Counted from the first letter of the stretch, positions 19,481 through 30,115 are shown. The stretch: 34,426 bases of DNA from Barthelona sp. PAP020 (GCA_040182905.1 JARQWU010000094.1:1-34426); one strand, 5' to 3'. The notes: a model not told the origin generated them from the sequence alone. Program-made: numbers and translations.

Positions 19481-22400
19481 ATGAAGTTTGTTGCTTGTGA
19501 TGCTAATGCTGCGGCTGCACATATTTCTTATGCATGTTCTGATGTATCTGTAATTTATCCAATTACTCCTTCCACTCAAATGGCCGAATTGAGTGACAAG
19601 TGGTCAGTTGAAGGACGAAAAAATGTTTTTGACGAAGTAGTTGAAGTTCGACAAATGCAATCTGAAGGTGGTGTTGCAGGAGCTATTCATGGAGCTAATG
19701 CTTCTGGAAATTTGACAAGTACTTTCACCGCTTCACAGGGATTGTTATTGATGCTTCCTAATATGTATCATATAGCAGGTGAAAATCAAGTTTCTGTCTT
19801 CCATATTGCTTCTCGTCAAATTGGTACTCATGCTGGAGCTTTATTTTGTGATCATTCTGATATATATGCTGCAAAACAAACGGGTTTTGGTTGTATGTCG
19901 AGTTGTACTGTTCAAGAATCATCTGATTTGGCTTTAATTACGCATATTGCAGCACTCAAAGCTAGAATACCTTTTATGCACTTTTTTGATGGCTTACGTT
20001 TGTCTCACGAGTTTCAAAAGATTCGTCAACCTTCATATGAAGAGATTCGTTCAGTATACCCAATTGAATTAGCCAATGAATATCGTAAAAAAGTTGCTTT
20101 GTCTAACAAATCACCTAATATGCGTGGTAGTGGTATGAACAATGAAGTTTGGTGGCAAATTACCGAAACCGGTGCTCATTTTTGGATGGATTGTGCTGAT
20201 GTTGTTGATGGTGTTATGAATGATGTATCTGAATTATTAGGCTACCGTTATCGTCCTTTTGAGTATTTTGGTCATCCTGAAGCGACAGATGTTGTTGTTC
20301 TTATGGGTTCTGGTGCTGCTGTTATGATTTCAACTGTTAAAAAGCTTGCGGCTGAAGGAAAGAAGGTTGGATGTGTTGTTGTTCGTTTATTCCGTCCTTT
20401 TTCCAGTAAGTATTTGTAAAAAGTCATCCCTGAAACAATGGAGAGGATTACAGTTCTTGATAAGAGTCGTGATCTTACTGTTGAGACCCAACCCTTAGCC
20501 GGGGATGTTTTTGGTGCATTTATTGCCAAAAAATTAAAGAATGCTGATTATAAATTGCCAAAATTGATTAAAGGTTGTTATGGTCTCTGTGGATATGAGT
20601 TCACCCCTGCAATGGTTCTCACAATTTTTGAAAATATGGCAAAAGAAAATGCAAAGGATGATTTCAACATCGGTATTTATGATGATGTTAATTATCGTGC
20701 TCTTGATATGCCTACTGAACAATATGACATATTCCCTGAAGGTACGAAAGAGTGTGTGTTTTGGGGTATGGGAGGCGATGGTACCATTGGCGCCAATCGT
20801 AATGCTCTTGCTATTATTGCTGGTGAAACGGATATGTATGCCCAAGGATATTTCAATTTTGATGCAAAAAAAACGGGTGGAACAACAGTTTCACATCTTC
20901 GTTTTTCAAAAGAGCCTATCAATGCACCATTTCAAATCACTAATGAATCAGCTAGTTATCTTGCTGTGCATAAATCTAGTTATTTACAATTGTATCCCAA
21001 ACCCATTGGAGATTTCTTGAAAAAGAACGGTATTTTCATTTTGAATGCAGAATTTAAGACTCTTGAAGAGTTTGATTCATTTACTCCTGCTGTCTTAAAG
21101 AAGACTTTAGCAAAGCAAAATGCTAGTGTGTATATGGTTGATGCTGTCAATCTTGCTCAAGAAATTGGTCTTGGTCGTAGAATCAATAATATCATGCAAA
21201 CTGTTTTCTTCAACCTTACTAATATTACAGGTGATATTGATCATGCTATTTCCTTGTTAAAAGAGGCAATTGTTAAAACTTATAGCAAATATGGAGATGA
21301 AGTTGTTCGTCTCAATATTGAATCAGTTGACAAGGCTATGAGTTGTGTTACTAAATTGGAAATTCCTAAAGAATGGACAGATTTGGAAGATGAACAAGCG
21401 ATTAAGATTGAAGATGCTTCTGATGCTGTGAATGATGTTATTTTACCTTCATTACGTTGGGAGGGTCCTTCCATTCCTGTTTCCAAATTGAAAGATTTTG
21501 AATCTGGAAAATGGCCCACTGATACTGCTAAATATGAAAAAAGACGTCTTGCTGTTCAAGTTCCCACTTGGGATTGTAACAATTGTATTGAATGCAATTT
21601 GTGTACTCTTTCTTGTCCTCATGCCGCTATCAGACCTGTAGTTATTGATAGTGATCAAGAACGTCCTGAATCTTTCATTACCAAAGGTTTAAAAGGATAT
21701 AAGGGATTAGATATGGATTTCCGTATTCAAGTATATCCAGAAGATTGTCTAGGTTGTGGAGTTTGTACTGAAATATGTCCCAAAGACTGTTTAAGTATGG
21801 TTAATAATGATTTCAGTGAAATTGAGAATGCAAAGCTTGCAGATTCTGCTGAAGAAAAAACAACTGAATTGTGTGGTAGTGATAAGAATGTTCGTTCTTC
21901 ACAATTCCTCAAACCTTTCCTTGAATTTTCTGGTGCTTGCGCTGGTTGTGCTCAAACACCTCTAATTAAGTTGATCACCCAATTGTTTAATACACGTCTT
22001 CAAATTGCTTGTGCTGTTGGTTGTGCTATGGTTTGGGGAAATATGGGTCCTCCTAATCCTTACTGTCGTGATTCCAAAGGTCGTGGTCCTGTGATTGCCA
22101 CATCTTTATTCGAAGACAATGCTGAATTTGGTTACGGATTAACTGTTGGTGGACGTTTCCGTCGTAACAGATTGATATCTAATGTTCAACATATAATTGA
22201 TGAAAAATTAGTTTCTGAAAATAGTCTTGTAAAACTTAAAGAATGGTTAGATGTTCGCAATGACTTGTCTGCTGTTGAAAAAATAGCTAATGAGCTTTGT
22301 GAAGAATTAGAGATGGACCAATCTGAAAAAGCCAAAGAAATCATGCTTGCCAGTGATTTGTTTGTTCCCAAATCATATTGGATTATTGGTGGAGACGGTT

Positions 22401-23035
22401 GGGCTTATGATATTGATTTCCATGGACTTGATCATGTTCTTGCATCTGGTGAAAATATCAATGTTCTTATTATGGACACTGAAGTTTATTCTAACACTGG
22501 TGGACAAAAATCTAAAGCTACACCTCGTGCTGCTGTTGCCAAATTTGCTGCTGGTGGTAAAAGAGAAGGAAAGAAGGATGTTTTCCAAATGTTTATGTCT
22601 TATGAAAATGTATTTGTTGGTTCAATTGCTCTTGATGCCAATCCAACGCATGCTCTCAAGGTTATCAAAGAAGCAGAAGCTTATGATGGGCCATCGGTTA
22701 TCATTGCATATTGTCCTTGTATTGCTCACAATATTGATAAGGGTATGTCACAAGTTCCTGATATAATGAACATGGCTGTTGAAACAAGGTATTGGCCTTT
22801 ATTCAAGTTTGACCCAACCTTGCTTGCCAGTGGAAAGAATCCTTTGAAAATTGAAAATGTTAGAAAAGAAGCTCCTCCTGTTGACGAATTTATCAATCGT
22901 CAAATTCGTTTCAAACAATTGGCAAAGATTGATCCACAACATGCTCCAGAAGTATATGCCGATTTGCAAAATGATGTCAATCGCAGATGGAACAAGCTCA
23001 TTGCTTTACAAAACAGTTACGATGCTAAAAAGTAA
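19481..23035 (+). CDS. PFO: Pyruvate:ferredoxin oxidoreductase, single-chain NifJ type, interrupted by one in-frame TAA at 20417-20419
   Basis: YPITPS, QSEGG, TFTASQGLLLM, FFDG.R.SHE, VRLFRPF, GMGGDGT, two CxxCxxCxxxCP ferredoxin motifs, EFSGACAGC, GGDGWAYDI, EVYSNTGGQ and YCPCIAH. The two track ORFs are in the same frame (offset 963 nt). Confidence 0.95.
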
Positions 23036-23379
23036 AAGGAGAGGTATTATTGTTGTTACCTTTGAGTTTTTTCTTTGCACAAAATTTTTGAGATTGAAAT
23101 CTCAATTGACCGGCAAAAAAAAAAAAGAACTGTATCTTTATTGATCTGTGATACTTCTTTTCGAAAGAATTTCTAAAACTTCCGTTTTACGATTGACATG
23201 AAGCGATAACTATCTTTCATGAGGAATTGATGCAATACTGATTGTTCAAATGAATAATTGAGACTCTAATCTTGCTGAGTATTCAAAGATCAAAAGTTTG
23301 GTGCAGATCTTTGAAAGGTTACACATATGTTGAAATAAAAGGAATATATGAATAATATGAGGAAATTTTATTTTTTATT

Positions 23380-26300
23380 TTATTTTTTAGTGGTTTCAAC
23401 GTCAGTAACATTTGTTTCAGCTGTCATTGGTAAAGGAATATACCTATCTGGAGAAATACAAAAGTATAAATAATAACTGGTTAAGAAGCGAGAACGATAA
23501 CTCTCAGGATGTAAAATTGTAGGTCTTTTGGACCCATCTCCCAATATACCTGTAGATTTGACAAAAGATTCCAATCTTTTATCCCAAGTGTACGTTCTTA
23601 CATAATCTATCAGAGAAACAACGATTTGATTAGTGGAATGGTTCACACCAACCAAAAGGGAATAGTCCATGACAAAATTATCAGCCAAAAACTTCGTATC
23701 ACGATGCAATGCGATAATCAGCATCTTATTCGATTTAGCGTCAACTAACAATCGGTCATTGATGCTATTTTCCAAATAATTCTCATCCAAAAGAGTTATT
23801 GGAGGGTTGGAATATTCATTACATTCGAACAATTCAAAATTTTCACAAAAAAATTGTTGAGCATTGTTTTCTTCTTCGTTAATACTTTTATCAGTTCTAG
23901 TTTGATATTTTTGAGATACATATCTCTTCCTTAATGAGCCTTTCAAATCATAAACCAAATCGAATGCTTGTTCATACATGAAATTCGGCATTAAGATGTA
24001 GTTATGAACGATATTATCTATTTGTATCTGAAAAACACCTAAGATAGGTAATAAACAGCTTGGCTCTTTATTAACCACTGTATCAAGGAAATGTTGGAAA
24101 TATTGAAAACCAAAACCTTCAAACAAGGTGAATTCTGTTTCGTTAATTTTTTTCAAAATGAATCTTTGATCCAAAGTACGATAAAAAGAAGCAGAACTTT
24201 TCCCACCTGAAGTGTTAATTGGACGACATCTCATTAAGGAGATGCACAAATTTTCAACATTTAAATGATTACATAATTGTTCAAAATGTAACGGAAAACA
24301 ACTCTTTATATGTATCATACGATCATTAGATAATGGAATGGCTTCATAAATAGATTTGAAATTATTTGATTGAATTTTAAGAATAGTTCCTAATTTTTGG
24401 TATTTTGCAGGCAAATCTTTAGCAGATTCAAAATTTATACTTTCAGTTAAGGTGTTTAATTTATGATTGTATGATTTACTTTTTAATAAGTAAGCAACAA
24501 TTGAACTTGGTTCATCTTCACGAATGAAATATATACCTTCCATTGTATCAGGTAGATTAATATGAACTCGTTTAGATTCTAATATTTCAATGGTTGGAAT
24601 TGGCAAATTGAATACCACCAAAGGTAAAGGATGATAAGAAGTTTGTGAAGTTTGAAAACTGTTTGAGATCCATTCAACGTCTTCATTGTTTAAAGTGTCT
24701 GAACTAAAATCATTATCCATTTCGGCAGGGGAAGAGGTAATTTCTGGAAATATATTCAGATTGTTGGAATTATGTCGAGGGGTTAAACAATTATCCATCG
24801 ATTCAGGAGTTGAACCTTCACCCCAAATATCTAATTTTAAGTTTAAAGAATCATCTAAAGGATTGACAGTATCAAAAAATCCTAAAGAAAGATCTAACCT
24901 ACCAGAAGTGATTCTATGACGATTAGATATCTTGTTTTCAGCAGAAGTAATAGTATGCATTATTGGATCTGTGACAGTTAAATCTTCAGTGAAAAAATCT
25001 TCAAACTTTTCATCAAAATATTCATCAATGATTACTGAAGGAAAAGATATTTCTTGAACAATTGTACTGTTGATAAAAGTATCATCCAATAAAGAATGAT
25101 TATTTGTTTTGAAAGGAATCGAAGATTTTTTGAAATGGTTTATAATATTTTGAATTAAATCATCAATCTTAGCTTTCCAATAATGTATTTGCTTGATAAA
25201 GTCGATTCTAGCAAAATTAAGTTGATAAAAATTTTCAGACAGATTTTCAATTGTGTGTGACATTTTAAATTTTGAATTGACTTCATCAATACAATTGATC
25301 AATTTCAATCTTATATCTTCAGGCACAGGAAAGTTTTCTTCATAATTTAATAAGATTGTTTTTAAGCTTTGTTGTATAAGCTTTGAAAACTTTAAAAAGC
25401 TATCGATTTCATATTCATAAATTCTATTGATGTACCCTTGATTCTTAATGATATAATCCGTATTTGGTAAGATCATTTGGTATTGTTTCTTTTGAACTTT
25501 CTTTAATTTGATGATTTGATTGGATTGACAAAAGAATAATTCCCAATCTTTGATCAGATGTTTACAATCTGGGAACAATAAAGAATAACACTCACCGTAT
25601 AACAAAAAGGATAAGAATCTGCCAAAACTAATTGCTCCAAATTTCTCATTCATTACAGTAATGGGGCACAACGATTTTTCACAATGTGGACAATAGATCC
25701 AATACACAATGCATTCGTTGACAGTTAGTTTTTGATAATTCTGTTCTAAATTAAGTTTAATTATCTCAATTGCTTGATTATTGTGATAGAAATAAGCAAC
25801 ATGATCATCTATTAAATTCTTACTACAAGGTTGAAGAAATTCAGTTTCTTGTTTGAACGAAATCATATCGATGTTTTCAGTGAAAGTGACTTCATTCACG
25901 CTATCCACTAAATCACAAGCATTTGACAAAAAAACTTGTCTCAAATAATCCTTCAATGTTAAATCATACTGAGTATTGAATTGTAACGTTAGTAATTTGG
26001 GAGGAAAACATATATTCTGGGTAATCGAATTTTTTAATTCAAACAGAAAGGTGATCCCTTTCAAGCTCCAAAATGATGCATCTAAAAAACGATAATGTAA
26101 ATTTTGACAAAACCATAGCAAATCCTCCGATGATTGTGGGGCAGCTGATGAAAGTAATCTAGCGTTTTTCGGGAAAAACAATGGAATTTTCTCTGGGGAA
26201 TCCAAATAAATTAAATCATGTGTAGTTTTCTCTTTTTGTATTTTTAAAACACCATTTTTTCCTTCATAATAAGTGTCAGGAATAGTTAAACCAAGTGGAT

Positions 26301-27801
26301 AATTGGGTAAATTAACTTTTTGAAACAGATTATATTCAATTTTTTCATCTAGAAACAAACTACTTGCTAACGCTGCATTTTCAAAAAGATTATAACAACG
26401 GTTTAGCATAACTCTGAATAAATCTAGCATTATATTATCATAAATTATTGGTAACATTATACTAGTAACTCTCAATTTTCCTGCTTCCCCATTAATTTTA
26501 GGGAAAGATGAAAATTGTTCCTTTCTTTTAATACTTGATTTTAAGAACACATAATTTTTTTTCGTTTTTTCAATATACGTACATTTAAAGCTTTCACAAC
26601 TTCCTAAAATATTCATCGCTCCTTCATTAGGCAAAACTATCTGTTGTATTGATGTGATGGGTGTTGCTTCAACAAAATCTTGTATTAAAGACAAAGTATC
26701 GATATTTACATTGGTAATTACCTGAATTCCACTTTTAATCAACTCTTCCATAAGTAAACAGTCATTTTTATTTCCAGTACATATAATAACGTCTGGATGT
26801 AATATTTGGTACTTATTTATGTTTGTACGTAGCCATTCTCTTTCTTGTTTCTTTCTTAATTCAAATAGTATGTCAGAATCGGTGGTTTTCGGTTGAAGAT
26901 AATCAATATTACCATTTATTAACAAAATTTTAGGATTAAAAATTGTTTTAGAAGATAAAAAAGTGCTGCCATTGAAAATTAATCCATTAAAAATCGTAAC
27001 TTTATTGATTTCATTACATTTTGCTAGAGGAATCATTGAAAAAACGTTATATTGAGGATTTAATATCGGAAATACTTGTTTAACCACCTTATACACAATA
27101 TTAATGAATAAATCTAAATCAAGATTATTATTTGCAAAAACCTTTCCTATTTCCTTCTTTTTGCTGAAATATATATCAAAAAATTCATGTAACAAGATAC
27201 AAGATTGTCTTTTCCAATCAAACCATTTATCTCGTTTATATCTCAAACATTCCTCAATAAAATCACCAAAATCTACAGAATTAATGCTCTTCCAATTCCA
27301 TCCAAATTTCTTATTGTAGTTGTTCAGAAAAAATTTGGTTAATTCTTTATTCTCTTGTCCAATCGAATGAAAGTATTCTTTTAACTTGTTTTCGTAGGTA
27401 CATCGCATATAATGATTTACAAATGGCGATTTATCAACTTCAGTGACATGATATGCTCGAAATTGAAATGGTAAATTAGAATATAGTTCTAAACAATGTT
27501 CACAACATCTTAAAGTCATATTAACATAATTTAATTGATGTGAACAACAATCATTACAAAAAATATTTCCACAAGCTCGACAATGATGTCGTCGATTTAA
27601 TATTGTAAAAGGTGTTCCACATTCAAAACACATTGTCGATACATCATCATTTATCCATCCTAAATTATTGTCAAAAGTCTTTATTACTTTTGAAAAATCA
27701 TCCGCTTTCTTTTGTACCTCTTCATGTTTTGTAAATAATTCAAAATATTCTTTCTCAAAGATATTGTTATCAAATTCATTTGTATTATCAGAATTCATCA
27801 T
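23380..27801 (-). CDS. FAB1: 1-phosphatidylinositol-3-phosphate 5-kinase Fab1/PIKfyve
   Basis: FYVE domain (WINDD...C..C...F....RRHHCRACG.IFC..C), CCT-like region, Cys/His-rich region and a PIPK domain (GGKS, YDLKGS, MDYSLLVG, IDYVRTYTWDKRLE). Confidence 0.96.
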   Translation of the reverse strand: MMNSDNTNEFDNNIFEKEYFELFTKHEEVQKKADDFSKVIKTFDNNLGWINDDVSTMCFECGTPFTILNRRHHCRACGNIFCNDCCSHQLNYVNMTLRCCEHCLELYSNLPFQFRAYHVTEVDKSPFVNHYMRCTYENKLKEYFHSIGQENKELTKFFLNNYNKKFGWNWKSINSVDFGDFIEECLRYKRDKWFDWKRQSCILLHEFFDIYFSKKKEIGKVFANNNLDLDLFINIVYKVVKQVFPILNPQYNVFSMIPLAKCNEINKVTIFNGLIFNGSTFLSSKTIFNPKILLINGNIDYLQPKTTDSDILFELRKKQEREWLRTNINKYQILHPDVIICTGNKNDCLLMEELIKSGIQVITNVNIDTLSLIQDFVEATPITSIQQIVLPNEGAMNILGSCESFKCTYIEKTKKNYVFLKSSIKRKEQFSSFPKINGEAGKLRVTSIMLPIIYDNIMLDLFRVMLNRCYNLFENAALASSLFLDEKIEYNLFQKVNLPNYPLGLTIPDTYYEGKNGVLKIQKEKTTHDLIYLDSPEKIPLFFPKNARLLSSAAPQSSEDLLWFCQNLHYRFLDASFWSLKGITFLFELKNSITQNICFPPKLLTLQFNTQYDLTLKDYLRQVFLSNACDLVDSVNEVTFTENIDMISFKQETEFLQPCSKNLIDDHVAYFYHNNQAIEIIKLNLEQNYQKLTVNECIVYWIYCPHCEKSLCPITVMNEKFGAISFGRFLSFLLYGECYSLLFPDCKHLIKDWELFFCQSNQIIKLKKVQKKQYQMILPNTDYIIKNQGYINRIYEYEIDSFLKFSKLIQQSLKTILLNYEENFPVPEDIRLKLINCIDEVNSKFKMSHTIENLSENFYQLNFARIDFIKQIHYWKAKIDDLIQNIINHFKKSSIPFKTNNHSLLDDTFINSTIVQEISFPSVIIDEYFDEKFEDFFTEDLTVTDPIMHTITSAENKISNRHRITSGRLDLSLGFFDTVNPLDDSLNLKLDIWGEGSTPESMDNCLTPRHNSNNLNIFPEITSSPAEMDNDFSSDTLNNEDVEWISNSFQTSQTSYHPLPLVVFNLPIPTIEILESKRVHINLPDTMEGIYFIREDEPSSIVAYLLKSKSYNHKLNTLTESINFESAKDLPAKYQKLGTILKIQSNNFKSIYEAIPLSNDRMIHIKSCFPLHFEQLCNHLNVENLCISLMRCRPINTSGGKSSASFYRTLDQRFILKKINETEFTLFEGFGFQYFQHFLDTVVNKEPSCLLPILGVFQIQIDNIVHNYILMPNFMYEQAFDLVYDLKGSLRKRYVSQKYQTRTDKSINEEENNAQQFFCENFELFECNEYSNPPITLLDENYLENSINDRLLVDAKSNKMLIIALHRDTKFLADNFVMDYSLLVGVNHSTNQIVVSLIDYVRTYTWDKRLESFVKSTGILGDGSKRPTILHPESYRSRFLTSYYLYFCISPDRYIPLPMTAETNVTDVETTKK

Positions 27802-27916
27802 CCATCATCTGTTTAATTTCTATGAAATATCATAAAATCAAACAAAAATATATAAAGGTAAAAAATAAATTTTATCACTTATAAGTTTATTGAGTAGATA
27901 CTAGAACAGAATAGAC

Positions 27917-28449
27917 CTAGAGTCTGCGACCACGACGACCACCTTTACGACGAGTGGAATCAGTGGGAATGGGGGTAATATCTTCAATACGACCAAAGTA
28001 CATACCACTACGGGCAAGACCTCTCATGGCAGAGAAAGCAGCACTAGAAGGAGATGCTTTCTTCAAACCACCAGTACCACGGAAACGAACAACAAGACCA
28101 GTAATACCACGGGCTTTGCAAACTTCAGCGATTTGTTGGGCAGCTCTGAAAGCAATGAAAGGAGAACTTTGTTCGTGTTGATTCTTGGCAAGACAACCTC
28201 CAGAAATACGGGCAACAGTTTCACGATCAGATAAATCGGTAATATGCTATTAAGTTAGTTTATATTCAAACAACAATATAAAAAGCGAATTAAAACACTA
28301 AATCAATGATAAACAAAGATATAATGGTCATAAGAAAACATACAATAATAGTGTTATTCTTTGCAGCCAAAATGTGGCAAACACCATAGACAATTTCGTT
28401 CTTTTCAGCAGACTACATGTTAGATTATGTTTGATAAAGTCAGAACCAT
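27917..28449 (-). CDS. RPS14: 40S ribosomal protein S14 (uS11), 3 exons (28449-28447, 28412-28344, 28246-27917), 133 aa
   Basis: Not in the ORF track. Manual translation: [41 protein letters not shown]...[25 protein letters not shown]. Confidence 0.96.
28247..28343 (-). other. Spliceosomal intron, 97 nt (RPS14 intron 2)
   Basis: GTATGT...ACTAACTTAATAG; phase 0; joins NNTII to HITDLS as in uS11 homologues. Confidence 0.93.
28413..28446 (-). other. Spliceosomal intron, 34 nt, directly after the start codon (RPS14 intron 1)
   Basis: ATG|GTTCTG...TCTAACATGTAG|TCT GCT GAA. This is the nearest way to supply a start codon to exon 2. Confidence 0.75.
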
Positions 28450-28654
28450 TGTGGGATGTATCAACTCAAAAAATTTTGCAGAAGGTAATAAAAATTTTTC
28501 AAAGTTTTCTTTCCAAATTTTATTTTCCGTCTTCTCTTTCAAAATTAGATATTATGAAATATTGTGATTCAAAACATTATAAAAGAACAATATAAACATT
28601 TTTCAAGTTGTTTTATTTGTGGAAATTTTTCATTTTTTTTTTGATTCAACCATA

Positions 28655-29813
28655 ATGTCTGAAGAGTGGGAAGAAGAATATAACCAAGACGTCGAAGAAG
28701 AATTAGATATCTCTGATCCAGCTATTGAAACCATCTATCGTTTAGGTGCTGATATTGCAAATGGTATTGTGTATTTGAATGTTTTTTCACTAATATTTAG
28801 CTGCATTAGAACTTGCCAAGAAATTACTTGTCCCTGGAACTAAAATTGCATCTGTTTCTCGTGAAGTTGATGCTTTTATCACTGAAGAAGCCAACAAATT
28901 TTATAAGAAGCGTACTGATATTGCCAAAGGAGTTGCTATGCCTTGTTGCATTTCTTTGAACAATTGTGCTCGTTTCAATTATCCTGCTATTGATGATGAA
29001 ACTATTGTTAATGAAGGAGATTTAGCTAAGATTGAGCTTGGTGTTCATTTTGATGGAGCTCCAGTTTGTATTGCAGATACAATTGTTGTTGGACGTGATG
29101 TTGTTGCTGGACGTGAAGCCGATGTTATCTGTGCTGCCAATATTGCTTTTGAAGCCGCTTATCGTATGATTAGACCTGGTATAAAAGCTTCTGAAATTAC
29201 TGAAGTTATTAAGAAAGTTGCTCACATGTATGGTTGCAAGCCTTGTGTTGACACTTTGTCTCATAGAGTTTCTTTCTATAACATTTGTTCTATTGATTTG
29301 ATTGCCAATGATTCTACCCCTGAAAATCACTATGATGATCATGAAATTAAGGAAAATACTGTTTATCATTTGAATTTGATGATGTCTACTGGAGATGGAT
29401 TATTGGATGATCGTGATGCTGCCCCTGTTGTTTATCGTAGAGATTTGGATAATGTTGTTTCCATGAAATTAAAGACTACCAAAAAGTTATGTGAATATTT
29501 AGAAGGCACTGCTGCCAATTTCTATTTCACTTCAAATAATCTTCCTGATGATGTTTTAAGAGCTGGTATTTCTGAATTGCGTTCTAAACAAGGTTTGATT
29601 GAATACCCTGCTTTATACGAAAGATCTTCTCATTTGGTTGCTCAAAAAATGATGACTGTTTTCGTCAAGCCTAATTTCAACAGTGTTATTACCCAAATTG
29701 GATCTTCCAATGTCGAAATTGCTTCTGATAAGGAAATTACTGAAGAAATTCAAGAAATTTTAAATCGTAGCGTTGAAAAGAAGAAAAAGAGACGCAACAA
29801 AAAGAAGAATTAA
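28655..29813 (+). CDS. PA2G4: Proliferation-associated protein 2G4 / EBP1 (non-catalytic MetAP2 fold), 2 exons (28655-28763, 28801-29813), 373 aa
   Basis: Y...ADIAN|A, KGVAMPCCISLNN, GDLAKIELGVHFDG, GREADVI.AA, YPALYE and a basic tail KKKKRRNKKKN. Confidence 0.92.
28764..28800 (+). other. Spliceosomal intron, 37 nt
   Basis: GTATTG...ACTAATATTTAG; removal puts the two track ORFs in one frame. Confidence 0.9.
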
Positions 29814-30115
29814 ATTAATTATTTCACCTTCAGAAAATCATAAATCTAATTCAATTATTTGTGTCATTCTATTTTATTTTTTGATATTATGTGCCATTTT
29901 TTTGTCATTTCTGTTTTCAAAGGTTTTAAAATAAAAGTTGTTGAAAGAATTTTTTTATATTTTGGATTTGTGTTTATTGAAGCTGAACAGTTGCAAAAAA
30001 ATGGTTTTACAATCAAAAAAATAGAAACAAATTGTGCCAAAAAAGCAAAATGTGATGAGGAAAAAAAATGAGATGGCTTTCTCAGTACTTCTTTTACTGT
30101 AATTATTCATATTAA

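Noticed and set aside
20417..20419. Selenocysteine/pyrrolysine recoding or a genome-wide TAA=Gln code
   Set aside because: The codon is TAA, not TGA or TAG, and is not at a Cys position. TAA terminates RPS4, DnaJ, RPN2, FAB1 and PFO itself, and ORFs over 1400 codons contain no internal TAA.
20406..20423. GTAAGTATTTGTAAAAAG as an 18-nt in-frame micro-intron that would remove the PFO stop
   Set aside because: It has a perfect donor and an AG, but lacks the WCTRAY..TAG motif of all five other introns, is about half the length of the shortest, and would delete six residues that align gap-free with homologues. Still worth a glance in RNA-seq.
28410..28418. ATG-TAG-TCT as stop-codon readthrough at the RPS14 start
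   Set aside because: Better explained as the 3' end of a 34-nt intron that matches the local branch-point motif.
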